Assembly: GCA_028534125.1 (NCBI GenBank)
Contig: CM052816.1
Coordinates: forward strand, 35,528,001-35,592,000
Direction of reading: 5' to 3'
Length of the DNA: 64,000 bases
From: Lama glama
Lineage: Eukaryota
A program made the position numbers and the translations under genes. The notes beneath the pieces were generated by a model that worked only from the letters and a program-made list of their open reading frames with translations, ran no database searches and was not told where the DNA came from. Below are positions 35,400 through 46,480 of this stretch, in pieces (position 1 is the stretch's first letter; each line of letters begins with the position of its first letter).

Positions 35400-37480
35400 A
35401 AGCAACAAGTATGAAAACAAGTGGCGAAACGGAGCGGCGCGGCACTACTCATTAACCCCTCACGGGAGAGCACGGGTCCGCACCAGCCCAGGGCCGCGCA
35501 TCTGCCACTCCACCCCGGGGGCCGCCGAGGACCCGGGTCGGCCTTCCGGCGGAACCAGGCTTACCCTTCCCTGGTGGCTCCGGTCTCTGAGTCGGGAGGT
35601 GGGGATGAGGGAAAGAGTCGAGCGGCTCCCGGCCAATGGCAGTTCTTGAACTTACACCTACAGACGTCAGCGCGGCTGTGCAAACGGATGTCACACAGCT
35701 GGCTCGGAAGCGTCTCCTCCCGCCCTACAAGAGGGGCATGGGCTCCACGAAACCTTGGGCGACCGGAGGGAGGGGCGCGCACCGTACCCCGCGAGCCCCG
35801 CACCCTCGCCGGCCCGCCTCCCAGCAATCCCTGCCTAGCGGCCGTCCTGGGTGAGCAGCCGGACGCCCGCGCCCCCACCCCGAGCGCGCCTCCGCCGCGG
35901 CTCCGCCCCCTCCTCGAGCGGGCCGCGCGCTCCTGCGGCTCTGAGCTGTGTCGCGGGCACGCGCGCCACCGGCGGAGCCGCAGTTAAAATGGTCCCAGCC
36001 GGACCCCGCGTTACCCCTGCCGCTGCACTGACTGACTGAGTCGGCGGGCCAGGCTCGAACTGGTCGCCTAGCCGGCAGGCTCGCTCCCTCCGTCGCGTCC
36101 CCAAAGCTCGCGCCCATCGTTCTCCCGGCTTCCCGGGGCAAAGCATGTAGCCCCCATCGGGCGCTGGGCCGGCCCGCAGCTGACGCCCACCCCCCACCGT
36201 CGCGTGTGTGCCCGTGTGTGCGTGTGTGTGCGCAGGGCGGGCGACCCCGCCGCGGGCCCGAGGCCGAGCCAGTGAGAGGCCTGCCCCGCTGCCGGGAGCC
36301 CGGCTCTCCGGGCCTCCCTACTTCCCTGTCCCGGTCCCCCTCCTCGGGGCCTTCTATATGGGCCACCTTCTCTCGAAGGAGCCGCGTAACCGCCCGAGCC
36401 AGAAGAGGCCTCGCTGTTGCAGCTGGTGCCGCCGCCGCCGCCCTCTCCTCAAGCTGCCCCGCCGGACCCCGGCCAAGGCGCCCCCTCAGCCGGCGGCGCC
36501 CCGGAGCCGGGACTGCTTCTTCCGCGGGCCCTGCATGCTCTGCTTCATCGTGCACAGTCCCGGCGCGCCCGCCCCCGCCGGCCTAGAGGAGGAGCCGCCG
36601 CTCTCGCTGTCGCCGCGGGACGGGGCCTACGCCGCGGCCGCCTCCTCGCAGCACCTGGCGCGGCGCTACGCGGCCCTGGCTGCCGAGGACTGCGCTGCCG
36701 CTGCCCGCCGCTTCCTGCTATCCTCGGCCGCTGCCGCCGCTGCCGCCGCCGCTTCGGCCTCGTCGCCGGCCTCCTGCTGCAAAGAGCTGGGGCTGGCCGC
36801 GGCCGCCGCCTGGGAACAGCAGGGCCGGAGCCTCTTCTTGGCCAGCGTGGGGCCCGTGCGCTTCCTGGGGCCGCCCGCCGCCTTGCAGCTCTTCCGGGGG
36901 CCGCCGCCGCCGCCGCCGGCCGAACCCCCCACGCCCCCCGAGATGGTGTGCAAGCGGAAGGGGGCCGGGGTCCCCGCCTGCACCCCCTGTAAGCAGCCCC
37001 GCTGTGGCGGGGGGGCCTGCGGCGGCGGCAGCGGCGGCGGCGGAGGAGGAGGCCCTGCGGGGGGAGGCGCCTCGCCGCCGCGGCCCCCCGACGCCGGCTG
37101 CTGCCAGGGCCCGGAGCAGCCACCTCAGCCTCTCTGCCCCTCGCGCTCCTCTCCCACTTCGGAAGGTGCCCCAACAGAGGCCGGCGGGGACGCTGTCCGA
37201 GCGGGGGGCACCGCCCCCTCGCCCGCCCAGCAGCAGCAGCAGCAGCGCGAATGCGGCGACTCGGACTGTCAAGAACCCCCCGAAAACCCCTGCGACTGTC
37301 ACAGGGAGCCACCCCACGAAACCCCAGACATCAACCAGCTGCCGCCATCCATCCTGCTCAAGGTGGGTCTGGGCGAGTGGCGCAGGGATGCGCGCTTTCC
37401 CCCAACCCTGGCCTCCGCCTAGGTTTTCTCTCTCCTCCCTCTAAGCGCGGAGGAGGGGGTTCCCTGACAGCCCAAGACGT
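35400..37480 (+). promoter_or_regulatory. CpG island covering the FBXL17 promoter, 5' UTR and exon 1
   Basis: Abrupt switch from AT-rich to very GC/CpG-rich sequence. GC box CCGCCCC ~35903, CCAAT ~35633, CRE-like GACGTCA ~35664; no obvious TATA box. The TSS is not determinable from sequence alone. Confidence 0.92.
36358..37362 (+). CDS. FBXL17: F-box/LRR-repeat protein 17, first coding exon (partial CDS, 335 codons, phase-0 donor)
   Basis: Translation MGHLLSKEPRNRPSQKRPRCCSWCRRRRPLL...SSAAAAAAAAASASSPASCCKELG...EMVCKRKGAG...ETPDINQLPPSILLK matches the mammalian FBXL17 N-terminus as I recall it, ending at the start of the F-box (INQLPPSILLK). Canonical donor AAG|GTGGGT at 37362/37363. 1005 nt is divisible by 3. 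Confidence 0.96.
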
Positions 37481-37779
37481 CCGAAGGGGAGACTGGGAAG
37501 CCAATGGGGAGGATGCTCATGGCTTGTGTTTTGAAGTAGAAAAACTTGGAGTCTACCGAGTGTCATTTAATAGCTCGGGTCTGTTGCACACAATTCAGGG
37601 TTCATCTATTATTAGATTCCCAGCCCAGTGGTTTGGAAACTACTCATAGGTTTTGTGTGAAGTATTTTTTTGTAAGTTGAGCAGTTTACACTTACTAACA
37701 GTTTACACTTACTTTGTATGGTAGTGTTTGAAAGTCTTCGAACAGTACTTTCAGGTTTGATAGCTGTTAGTTGATGTCA

Positions 37780-38090
37780 ATAACAGTTAACTTTTATTGA
37801 ACGTTTACCATGATCAGGCACTGTGCCAGAGCTTTATATACATAATATCTCATTTAATCCTTCAGTTAATGCTGTGAGAGAAATATTGTTCACCTCCTTA
37901 GTTTATACATGAAGAAACTGGTATTTCAGTGCCAGGTGCCTTCAGCTGTTAAGTCAGGCAGAAGTGGTCTTTGCTTTTACGGAGCTTACAAGCTAGTGGT
38001 GCTTGAAGAGGTTGAATGACTTGCCCAAGGTCACAGACAGACAGTAATGGGCAGATCTGGGGAATTTAGGCCTGCCTGACTCGAAAACTC
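37780..38090 (-). mobile_element. MIR SINE, apparently split by a short L2-like piece (~37925-38000)
   Basis: TTTATTGAACGTTTACCATG...CATTTAATCC...GAAGAAACTG [insert] GAGGTTGAATGACTTGCCCAAGGTCACAG. Confidence 0.75.
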
Positions 38091-39644
38091 TTTTATTATG
38101 CTATGTTTTATTGCCTTTCTACATTTTAACCCTTACATAACAGCATACAGATTACCAGAAGGTAAAGACAAAAGTATTTTTTTGTTGAGGGGATGGATGG
38201 AGAAGAGGTAGGTGTCCTGTGGGAGCTTTGTGTCACTTTCAACTACTAAGTAAAATTTGCAATTTTGTCAGTGCTAGTGGTAAACTTATTTATGTGACAG
38301 TTTGTAGTAAATTATTATTAAAAAGTTATTTTTTCCCTTCTCTCCCACCCTCACCCCTGCAACTCTCTGGAGCTTAGTAAATATAAACCTCCTTTTTCAG
38401 TGTGGATGATATTTAAAACTAACCAAAAGAATTTGGCTACTTTTATTGTTACTGAAGTAACTGTCATCAATTATAATTGTTATTGTCAACGATATATTTT
38501 GATTAGACTTTTTACATGTTTATAACCCTGTATGTTTGGATCTTTATTATGATACAATATTCTTGTAAATAATATAGTAAAGGAGTGGGGAAACTTAACT
38601 TGTCCTTGTATCAAAATGAGGTGTATTTTTGGAGAAGTAATTGCCACCTCTATATGTTCAGGGTGTGCATTTTAGGGCAAAGGGAACTTTCTTCAATCCT
38701 TTAAATTAGTAGATGATGTGAACAAACTAAATATCAGCAAATATTTGGTATAGAGGTTTGATTGCTATCTTGTTATCTGGCAAGTAAGACTGTTTAAAAA
38801 TAAAACAAAAACCAGGTACTTACTACTTTCTGCCTAAATCATTATTTCATGAGGTGGAGAACATTTTAATATAAAAACATACACAAAGTAGTAAGGATAT
38901 GATTTCATAATAAATACAATTCCTATAGAATAAGTTTATTTTGTCTGCTACATTGTTCTTTTCCACATTTTTGCTAGGAACTGTTGAAAACTTGGTTTAA
39001 GGAACATTTGGAAATCACTCATTGGACTTCCCTTGTTGTATTGGATTATTTAGACATGTAGATTTCCATTACTTGTATCAGAAACTTGGATAAAGATACT
39101 CTGTGTGGGTTTCATAGTTCTAGTGGTTTTCGGCACAGAGTGAGTTGGACTGTCTGGAATGAATTGAGATAGAAGGTTTTCAGTGTTTACCGAAGCCATT
39201 ATCCCCATTAGAAAGTATGCCTTGATAATGGGTCGATAGTAATAATTGTATTGCTGCATCCTTTGTACCAGAAGTTACTATAGTTGCAGAAAAAGGGGAT
39301 GTGAAGGGAAGAGAGTTTGGAGGAAAGTGAGGAAATGTGTTTTAAAGGGTGTTTTTAGGGAAGTTGACTCAAACTACCATACTTGCTTATTTTTTTCTAG
39401 GTATGGCAAAAGCAGAACAAAAACTAAAATCTTTCTATAGTGATTCATAGGCAGATTTTTGGCTCAATATCAAAGACCTTTTTAAATTTTATGTTTATGT
39501 AAGTTACAAGTATTACTTGCTTTAGAACATTCAAATACTGTAGGTAGAGCAAAAGTCTGCCTTGATTCACCCCTACCCTACCATCTAGTTTCATTTACAG
39601 AGGTAATTATACCACTGTTACCAGTTTAGATTGTTCTTCTAGAC

Positions 39645-39830
39645 CTGTACTGTGGGATACAGTAGCCTCTAGCCACATGTGGCTATTTAAAGTAGTTAAA
39701 ATTAAATTAAATTTAAAATTCATTTCTCAGTCACAATAGCTGCATTTCAGAGATCAGTAGTCATGTATGGCTGGTAGCTACTGTACTGGACAGTGCAGAT
39801 CAGAATATTTTTATCATTGTAGAAAGCCTG
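39645..39830. mobile_element. MER3-like hAT-Charlie MITE
   Basis: GTAGCCTCTAGCCACATGTGGCTATTTAAA...GGACAGTGCAGAT...AATATTTTTATCATTGTAGAAAG. Confidence 0.8.
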
Positions 39831-40214
39831 TGTAAAACTTCATAACATCTTTCATAAATAGCATCAAAATGTACAAGTTCTGCATTTTTTTTCATTAACA
39901 GTATGATTTGGAGTTCTTTCCTTATTGGTGAGTATATCGTTTCCTTCATTTTTTTAAAACTATTGTATAGCATCACATAGTGTTATATCATACTGTATTT
40001 ATTTCTCTATTAATGGATTTTTCCAATTTATGCTAATAGATGTTTTCTTTGCACGTGTGGTCATTTTTTTTTTCTTAGAGTGGATTGCAAGAAGTGGAAT
40101 TTCAAGATTGAAGAATGTGAATATCTGAAAATTTAGAAAGTCCTTTCTAATTGTAGGAGCTGTGTAAAAATGAAATGAATTCTTTCTTGAAATAGTGAGC
40201 TTCATTGGAAATCA

Positions 40215-40390
40215 TAATTATGTAACTTCAGAACAGGAAGAGACCTTTGAGGTCATCTGGTCACTCCCTACTTCTTAGGCATGAAGGAACAGGCCTGGAG
40301 AAGTGAAATGATTACCCCAAGACATTTTACATAGTGAATGGCAGATCCTGGGCTGGAACTCCACTCAGTGTTTTCAGGTCTAGAGATCTT
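40215..40390 (-). mobile_element. MIR-family SINE
   Basis: AGAACAGGAAGAGACCTTTGAGGTCATCTGGTC...GAAGGAACAGGCCTGGAGAAGTGAAATGATTACCCCAAG. Confidence 0.65.
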
Positions 40391-41724
40391 TTCAGTATAT
40401 GGTGTAAGAGGGCTTGAATAATCTCTCAGAGATTTTATGAAAGAGATTCCTGAATTGGGAGGTAGGGGGAAACTTATACCAGCCAACTTCTAACCATTAT
40501 GAGTCAGAGGCTAATTTTATAATTGGGTCTGCAGGGTTGAATTGTGTCTTTAAATATAAGAAATTTGAGAAGCAGGGAATGGCTCTTCAGAGGTCAGCTT
40601 TGGGAATAGCATTTTCTTGAGTACTTAAGCCAGTTACATTTGATCTTTGACTGGTTAATGGATTTTTTGGGATCAAATAAGCTACCTTCAGTCTTTGCTA
40701 CCTGTTGCCTTTATAACTTTAAGCAATCTTACTTACTGATATCACAATTAGATTTTTATATACTGAAAGTACAATAACAGTTTTATCAAGTGATAGCAAT
40801 GGAATATTTTTCTTTAAGTAGTTGCTATTCAAGTAACTGAGTATTTTGAGATCTACGTTTAAATTTTAGAGGCTTTGTGTGCTGTATGTTTAGATGTTTT
40901 GCCCTCTGTCAGCAGACTTTTCCTTTCCAAAGGAAACCAGGTCAGAGACTCAGAATCCATCACCACCATTAAAAAACTGCTTCACCATGTGTGCATCTCT
41001 GATACTGTGTCAATAGGTATTAAATCTGTTCTTTTACAGCTCTGTTACCCACAGGTTGCTTTAGTGATCAAGGAATTTTTATAAGCAAAATATGCTTGGA
41101 AGGAAGGCTTATGTGCCTGATCTGTTTTTTTCAAATATGAAAACAAGGATAAAAGCAATGGAAATAGGACTCAAGAAAAAAAGTAATGTGACTTTTAAAA
41201 GCTTTGAATGTAGTTTACTAGTGGGTGAGAGGAACTAAGTTACATGTAGCATTTCATAAATGCTTTGACTTAAGGCTCCAGTGCCATATAAATTCTAGAA
41301 GTTATGTCTCTGGAGTTTAGGGATGATTTTAGCCAGTGCTGAAATGGAGTGTCCTTAGGAAGTCAGGTTCAAGATTTTTCTTTGTTGAAGAATGCCTAGT
41401 AATCTTGGTTAACTTAATAAGATCAGGCTACCAAAAGGTAAGACTTGTGTTCTTCTCATTTGAGAAGTCTATAAATTTTGGTGCCTTGTAATAAGTAGCT
41501 GTCAGGGGAGTAACCTTTACCGACTTGGGATACCAGGTTATATAAATTATAGGGAATGTAAGGGAAGATATGTGAAGGCAAATATGGAAGCATTTAATAC
41601 TAAAATAATAGTTTCTTAGAAAGTTGCTTACCTTTGATTCAATATCCTATTTTATACTTAGCAAGAATCTTGAAGCAACAAACATATTATCCAGCACAGG
41701 GAAATACAGCCATTATTTTGTAAT

Positions 41725-42050
41725 GACTTTAAATGGGGTAGGAGAAGCTAGCAGCAGTGATGGGAGATTGGTTACATGTGCAGCCCCTCACTCTGCCCTC
41801 TGAGAGGGTCTTTGAGCTGCAATACCCAATAACAGTGAGTATACTTAGTGTCCAGATCTTAGCTTCTACATACCATTTGCCGCTAAAAAGAGTCTGTTCC
41901 TTGAAGAAATGACTGATTCCAGGGCTGGAACAGGAAAGCATAGGATGAGCCTAGAATATTTTGTGCCAGAATGCAAGGAAGTGCTCAGAGAATAATGGAG
42001 ATATGTCAGAAGGACCCATCATTTCATAGTGTTTCCTCCCAAAATACTTC
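41725..42050 (+). mobile_element. Old L1 3' UTR fragment (L1MC4-like)
   Basis: CCTTGAAGAAATGACTGATTCCAGGGCTGG...AAAGCATAGGATGAGCCTAGAATATTTTGTGCCAGAA. Confidence 0.7.
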
Positions 42051-43761
42051 AAAAAAAAAAAAAAAACAACTCTTGGGTTTTATTGAATTCTGTGACTGGC
42101 TGTGGAATAAAACTTGTTTTTGTGTGAATGTCTGACATTGCTAGAGACTAACATGCTATGTCGTAATAGTTGGAATTTGATTAGTTTGCTGTGTTTTACA
42201 TTTTAATAATTAAATTGTGAGAAATTATTTTAAGTTGTAGATGAGGAAGTAGTTTTAGAATTTGTGACTTCCCTTTGGCTGTATGGTTGGAAAAGTACCA
42301 GAAATTAATGTTTTGTGTCTCTGTTTTTCTAAATGGTGCTTTATTCAACAGACTATTTAGTACATTTTACTTTCAAGCTTTTGGCAGACAATGCTAAGTA
42401 GAATATTTAAGAAAGAGGCAAAATATGATGTACATGAGAAAAAAATTGAAAAGGCCAGAGGAGTTGAACTGACACACAGGAGGTAGTCAATGTGAAATGG
42501 CTACATAGATTTACTTCTTTTCATGTATTTCTATAACTAGCATACAAGCTGCTTGCTCATAAACCTTAACTCCTTTTTGTAGTAATGTCTGGTAACAAAT
42601 AAGATCTCTTCGTCAAGAAATGAAATAGCCAAATGTAGGTTGTGGTATATTTGATTTTTAAGTACTGTAATATTCTGTGGGATGTATATGGTCAAGTATT
42701 AAGCAACAGTGCATTCTCTGGAAGTTTCTTTAGTCTGAAGTATCTTCTGATACCTCATACCAATGCCCCGGTCAAAAGTAGAATCTTTCAAGGCTTAGTA
42801 ATTCTTGGATATTGACCTGGTAGTGATTAGTTCACATTATATCAGTAATATGACTTGTACATTTTCTGCTAATTAATAGTTTAGTTCTGTTATCCATAGC
42901 TGCCACAAAAAATCAAGAATATTAAGTTTGTTTTTCAACCCAGGTCCCTACTAGAAGTCTCTGCTGTTTCCCAACATTTGTTATCCTTACATTCTTTTTA
43001 GTAACAGAACCCAGTATATTCTAGCTAGACACATTACCACATAACTAGAGACTATTTCTCAGCCTCTCTTATGGGTAGGGGGTGGCTATGTGACTAAATG
43101 TTAGGTAATAGGATGTGAGTGGAAGCAATATATACAACTTCCAAGTTACACTATAAAATGCAGCTACTTGTCCTTTGCTTCCTCTTCCCTTTTCCAGGGC
43201 TAGACCACCTGGATTAAAAGAGTAAGTCATCTTAAACCCTATAAATTAAGGTAGTGATGAAAGAGCATCAAGCTGTGAGATGATAGATCCCTGGATCTTC
43301 TGCAGCCTTAGAATACCTACTTGGCTTAGACTTCTGTCATGTTCAAGCTGTTGCTAATAGTCCTGTGTTAAAGTAAGCAATTTCCTGGCTTGATGCAAGT
43401 GCCATCTCAATTTTTTTTCAGTGTCATTTTTTCTCTTTTTTTATTTAACAAAAATGTTGTTCCAGGTCAATCCTTTATAGGCCTGTGTTCCCTTTCTTCA
43501 AAGCAATCTTTGAAATGCTCTTTCTCTTGAATCTCAAATTATCCAAAAATAATTCGGAAATGCCTTTGACTATATAATCTTAAAGCCAGTTAACAACTCT
43601 CATGTCTTAGTGTCTCTCACAGAAGCCAAGGGACATGTGCACAGATGTTTGTTAAATGAGTTAAGAAAACAGCATGGAGCAGAGTAGTTACTTTTTGAGG
43701 AGTTAGGGTATAGAAGATAGCATTTTAATGACAGAACCAAGAGCAGGAATATTTAAACATA

Positions 43762-44274
43762 TGTTGGTTATCTATTTCTGTTTAACAAATTATGTAGTTT
43801 AAAACCACAAACACTTATTATTTCATATTTTCTGTGGATTAGGAATCTCTCTGTTGCTTAACTGGGTCTCTCTGATCAAAGGTCTCTTAGGAGGTTTTAA
43901 TCAAGCTTGAGCTACTTGACTGGGGCTTGAGCACTTTTGCCCAAGCTTACTCCCTTGGTTGTTGGCAGGCCTCAGGTCCTCATTGGCTGTTGGCCCAGAT
44001 GCTTAAATTCCTTGCCATGCCATGTGGACTTCTCCATAGGGCTGATCACAACGTGGTAGCTCACTCCCTATGAGCAACAGAACCAAGAACACCCCTAATG
44101 AAAGCCACAGTTTTTTTTAACCTAATCTCAGAAATAACATCCTATTTCTTCTGCCATATTGTGTTCATTAGCAGTAAGTCAGTAAATCCAGGTTACACTC
44201 AAGAAGAAAGGATTACACAGATGTAAATCCAGGAGATGGGGTCACCGAGGGCAATTTTGCAGGTTGCCTACCAC
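43762..44274 (-). mobile_element. MaLR LTR (MLT1F/G-like)
   Basis: GTTATCTATTTCTGTTTAACAAATTA...GGTTGTTGGCAGGCCTCAG...GGTTGCCTACCACA. Confidence 0.8.
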
Positions 44275-44714
44275 AAACCATATGCAAGGTATATTAAATA
44301 TGCATTGATATTTCAGCTTAGTATTTTGCTTTTTTACTTTTATCCGTCTTTGCTGGTACTGGTTTTATCTTCCCTTTACCCACTTATTAAATTTCCTTTC
44401 CTCTGAATAAATAAGACTCATTTAGATCCACTTAAATATAATGAATTATCTGCTGATTATAACAATCACTTCACTTTCACAAAAGAGAAGAGTAAGGTTC
44501 AAAGAATGTGCTATCCAAAGTCAGACATATTTTAAACAAGGTGTTTCTTGGTTCCAGTGACCATGTTCCATATATCTTCTACTTGTTAAGGGACAAATTA
44601 GCCCTTTAAAACCATGTAGTCCCTTAACTATAAACAAATGATGTAGTCTCCCTGAATCTTCATTTTCTCATCTGTGAAATGAGGAAGACAGGCATAAAAA
44701 TATTCACAAGAGAG

Positions 44715-45540
44715 GGACTTCCAACTTTGGCTATGAAGAGTTTGGTGAATCCTTTCCAAACCAAAAACAAAACAAAACAAAACAAAACAAAACATATAAA
44801 TTACCAGGAAAAATTACCCCAAACTAATTTGGGCTTTGGAAATTGACCAAAGGCAGACAACGAATTGAGACACATTTATTCACAGGAAAACTACTAGAAC
44901 TTCAGGTAAGAAGAGTGGAAGTCTACACCACTCCTTCACGAGGCCCCTACTGTGCCCCCTACTCCAGTACCTTTGGCAAAAATCAAGAGTTTGGAAAATC
45001 AGCAGTCTTAGGATAACTTAGTTTGGGGCAATGAGTAACAACTTGTATTTGTCCACTAAAAGTGATGAGCTTGGTAGGAAAAAAATTGGGAAAATCCACA
45101 TATTTGCAGGTCTCAAGATTGTGGTGCCATTTGGGATGAGTGTGGAACCAGCCAACAATTTAATAGGCAGACCTTGGAAATGAGAGAACTGTAAAGGGAT
45201 AATAAGCTCTTCACATATCCTTGGCTTACTGTGAAACTATGTACATGGACGGGGAAGACTTGAGAGTATCCAGCAGAAGGCAAAAGCCAAAGCAGACTTG
45301 AGAATTGGCTAAGCCTTGAATGTGCTGTCTCCATCACATGCTCAGGTTAAAGAGCCAGGCCTAAGATGTTTGAGCATATCTTTACCCAAATAACTAGCTG
45401 AAAACTAAGCAATTTAGATACAAGTTGACCTCTCTAGGAAGCGAGGCTAAAGAAATGTGGATAAGAATTAAAACTTGAGCAGAGACATCCAAACTGCAGG
45501 GAACTCAGATCCTACTGTTTAAGGTCAGCGGGATTAAGGT
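44715..45540 (+). mobile_element. Old L1 5'-region remnant, containing an (AAAAC)n run at 44764-44793
   Basis: GGACTTCCAACTTTGGCTATGA start and GGGCTTTGGAAATTGACCAAAGGCA...ACATTTATT, which resemble ancient L1M 5' ends. Confidence 0.5.
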
Positions 45541-45557
45541 TTAAAAAAAAAATTTGT

Positions 45558-45702
45558 CTTTACACTAACGATAAATCAACAGAAAAAGAAAGTAAAGAAA
45601 CAATCCCCTTTAAAATAGCACCCAAAGTAATAAAATATCTGGGAATAAATCTAACCAAGGAGGTGAAAGAATTATACACAGAAAACTATAAACCATTGAT
45701 GA
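45558..45702 (+). mobile_element. Young L1, 5'-truncated, open ORF2 segment running into the gap
   Basis: Translates YTNDKSTEKESKETIPFKIAPKVIKYLGINLTKEVKELYTENYKPLM, i.e. the end of the ORF2 reverse-transcriptase domain (KYLG motif). Confidence 0.93.
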
Positions 45703-46202
45703 NNNNNNNNNNNNNNNNNNNNNNNNNNNNNNNNNNNNNNNNNNNNNNNNNNNNNNNNNNNNNNNNNNNNNNNNNNNNNNNNNNNNNNNNNNNNNNNNNN
45801 NNNNNNNNNNNNNNNNNNNNNNNNNNNNNNNNNNNNNNNNNNNNNNNNNNNNNNNNNNNNNNNNNNNNNNNNNNNNNNNNNNNNNNNNNNNNNNNNNNNN
45901 NNNNNNNNNNNNNNNNNNNNNNNNNNNNNNNNNNNNNNNNNNNNNNNNNNNNNNNNNNNNNNNNNNNNNNNNNNNNNNNNNNNNNNNNNNNNNNNNNNNN
46001 NNNNNNNNNNNNNNNNNNNNNNNNNNNNNNNNNNNNNNNNNNNNNNNNNNNNNNNNNNNNNNNNNNNNNNNNNNNNNNNNNNNNNNNNNNNNNNNNNNNN
46101 NNNNNNNNNNNNNNNNNNNNNNNNNNNNNNNNNNNNNNNNNNNNNNNNNNNNNNNNNNNNNNNNNNNNNNNNNNNNNNNNNNNNNNNNNNNNNNNNNNNN
46201 NN
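45703..46202. other. Assembly gap (exactly 500 N)
   Basis: Run of N; the round length suggests a placeholder rather than a measured size. Confidence 0.99.
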
Positions 46203-46344
46203 GTTATGATAACTCACAGAGAAAAAAATGTGACAATGAGTGTGTATATGTCCATGAATGACTGAAAAATTGTGCTGAACACTGAAATTTGACACAACAT
46301 TGTAAAATGATTATAAATCAATAAAAAATGTTAAAAAAAAAAAA
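46203..46344 (+). mobile_element. Young L1 3' UTR and poly(A) tail
   Basis: ...TTGACACAACATTGTAAAATGATTATAAATCAATAAAAAATGTT + A-tract. Confidence 0.92.
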
Positions 46345-46349
46345 GCAGG

Positions 46350-46480
46350 CTCATGTTCAGAACCCAGTCTTGCTTCTTAATATCTATGTGAAGAAAGGAA
46401 ATTATTTAGTCTCTCTGAGTCTCAATTTCTTCATCTGTGGATCGGACTGTGGTAAAGATTTGGTGAGAAAATGTAATAGG
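46350..46480 (+). mobile_element. MIR SINE
   Basis: AATTATTTAGTCTCTCTGAGTCTCAATTTCTTCATCTGT. Confidence 0.65.

Larger units (their letters stand above)
37363..45702 (+). other. FBXL17: FBXL17 intron 1 (5' part, up to the assembly gap)
   Basis: Begins with GT donor after exon 1; repeat-containing non-coding sequence; no acceptor followed by the expected IFSNLSLDERC exon was recognised. Confidence 0.85.

Noticed and set aside
36208..37422. 404-aa ORF as a complete single-exon gene
   Set aside because: It starts at a GTG upstream of the recognisable FBXL17 Met and reads 19 codons past a canonical splice donor that falls at the start of the F-box.
35421..37649. Many long overlapping ORFs on both strands (e.g. 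35725-36555 -, 36545-37312 -, 36417-36992 +)
   Set aside because: Expected by-product of very high GC content (few stop codons); low-complexity Arg/Ala/Gly/Pro translations with no recognisable protein.
45663..46295. 200/207-aa ORFs spanning the N run
   Set aside because: Artefacts of translating the gap.
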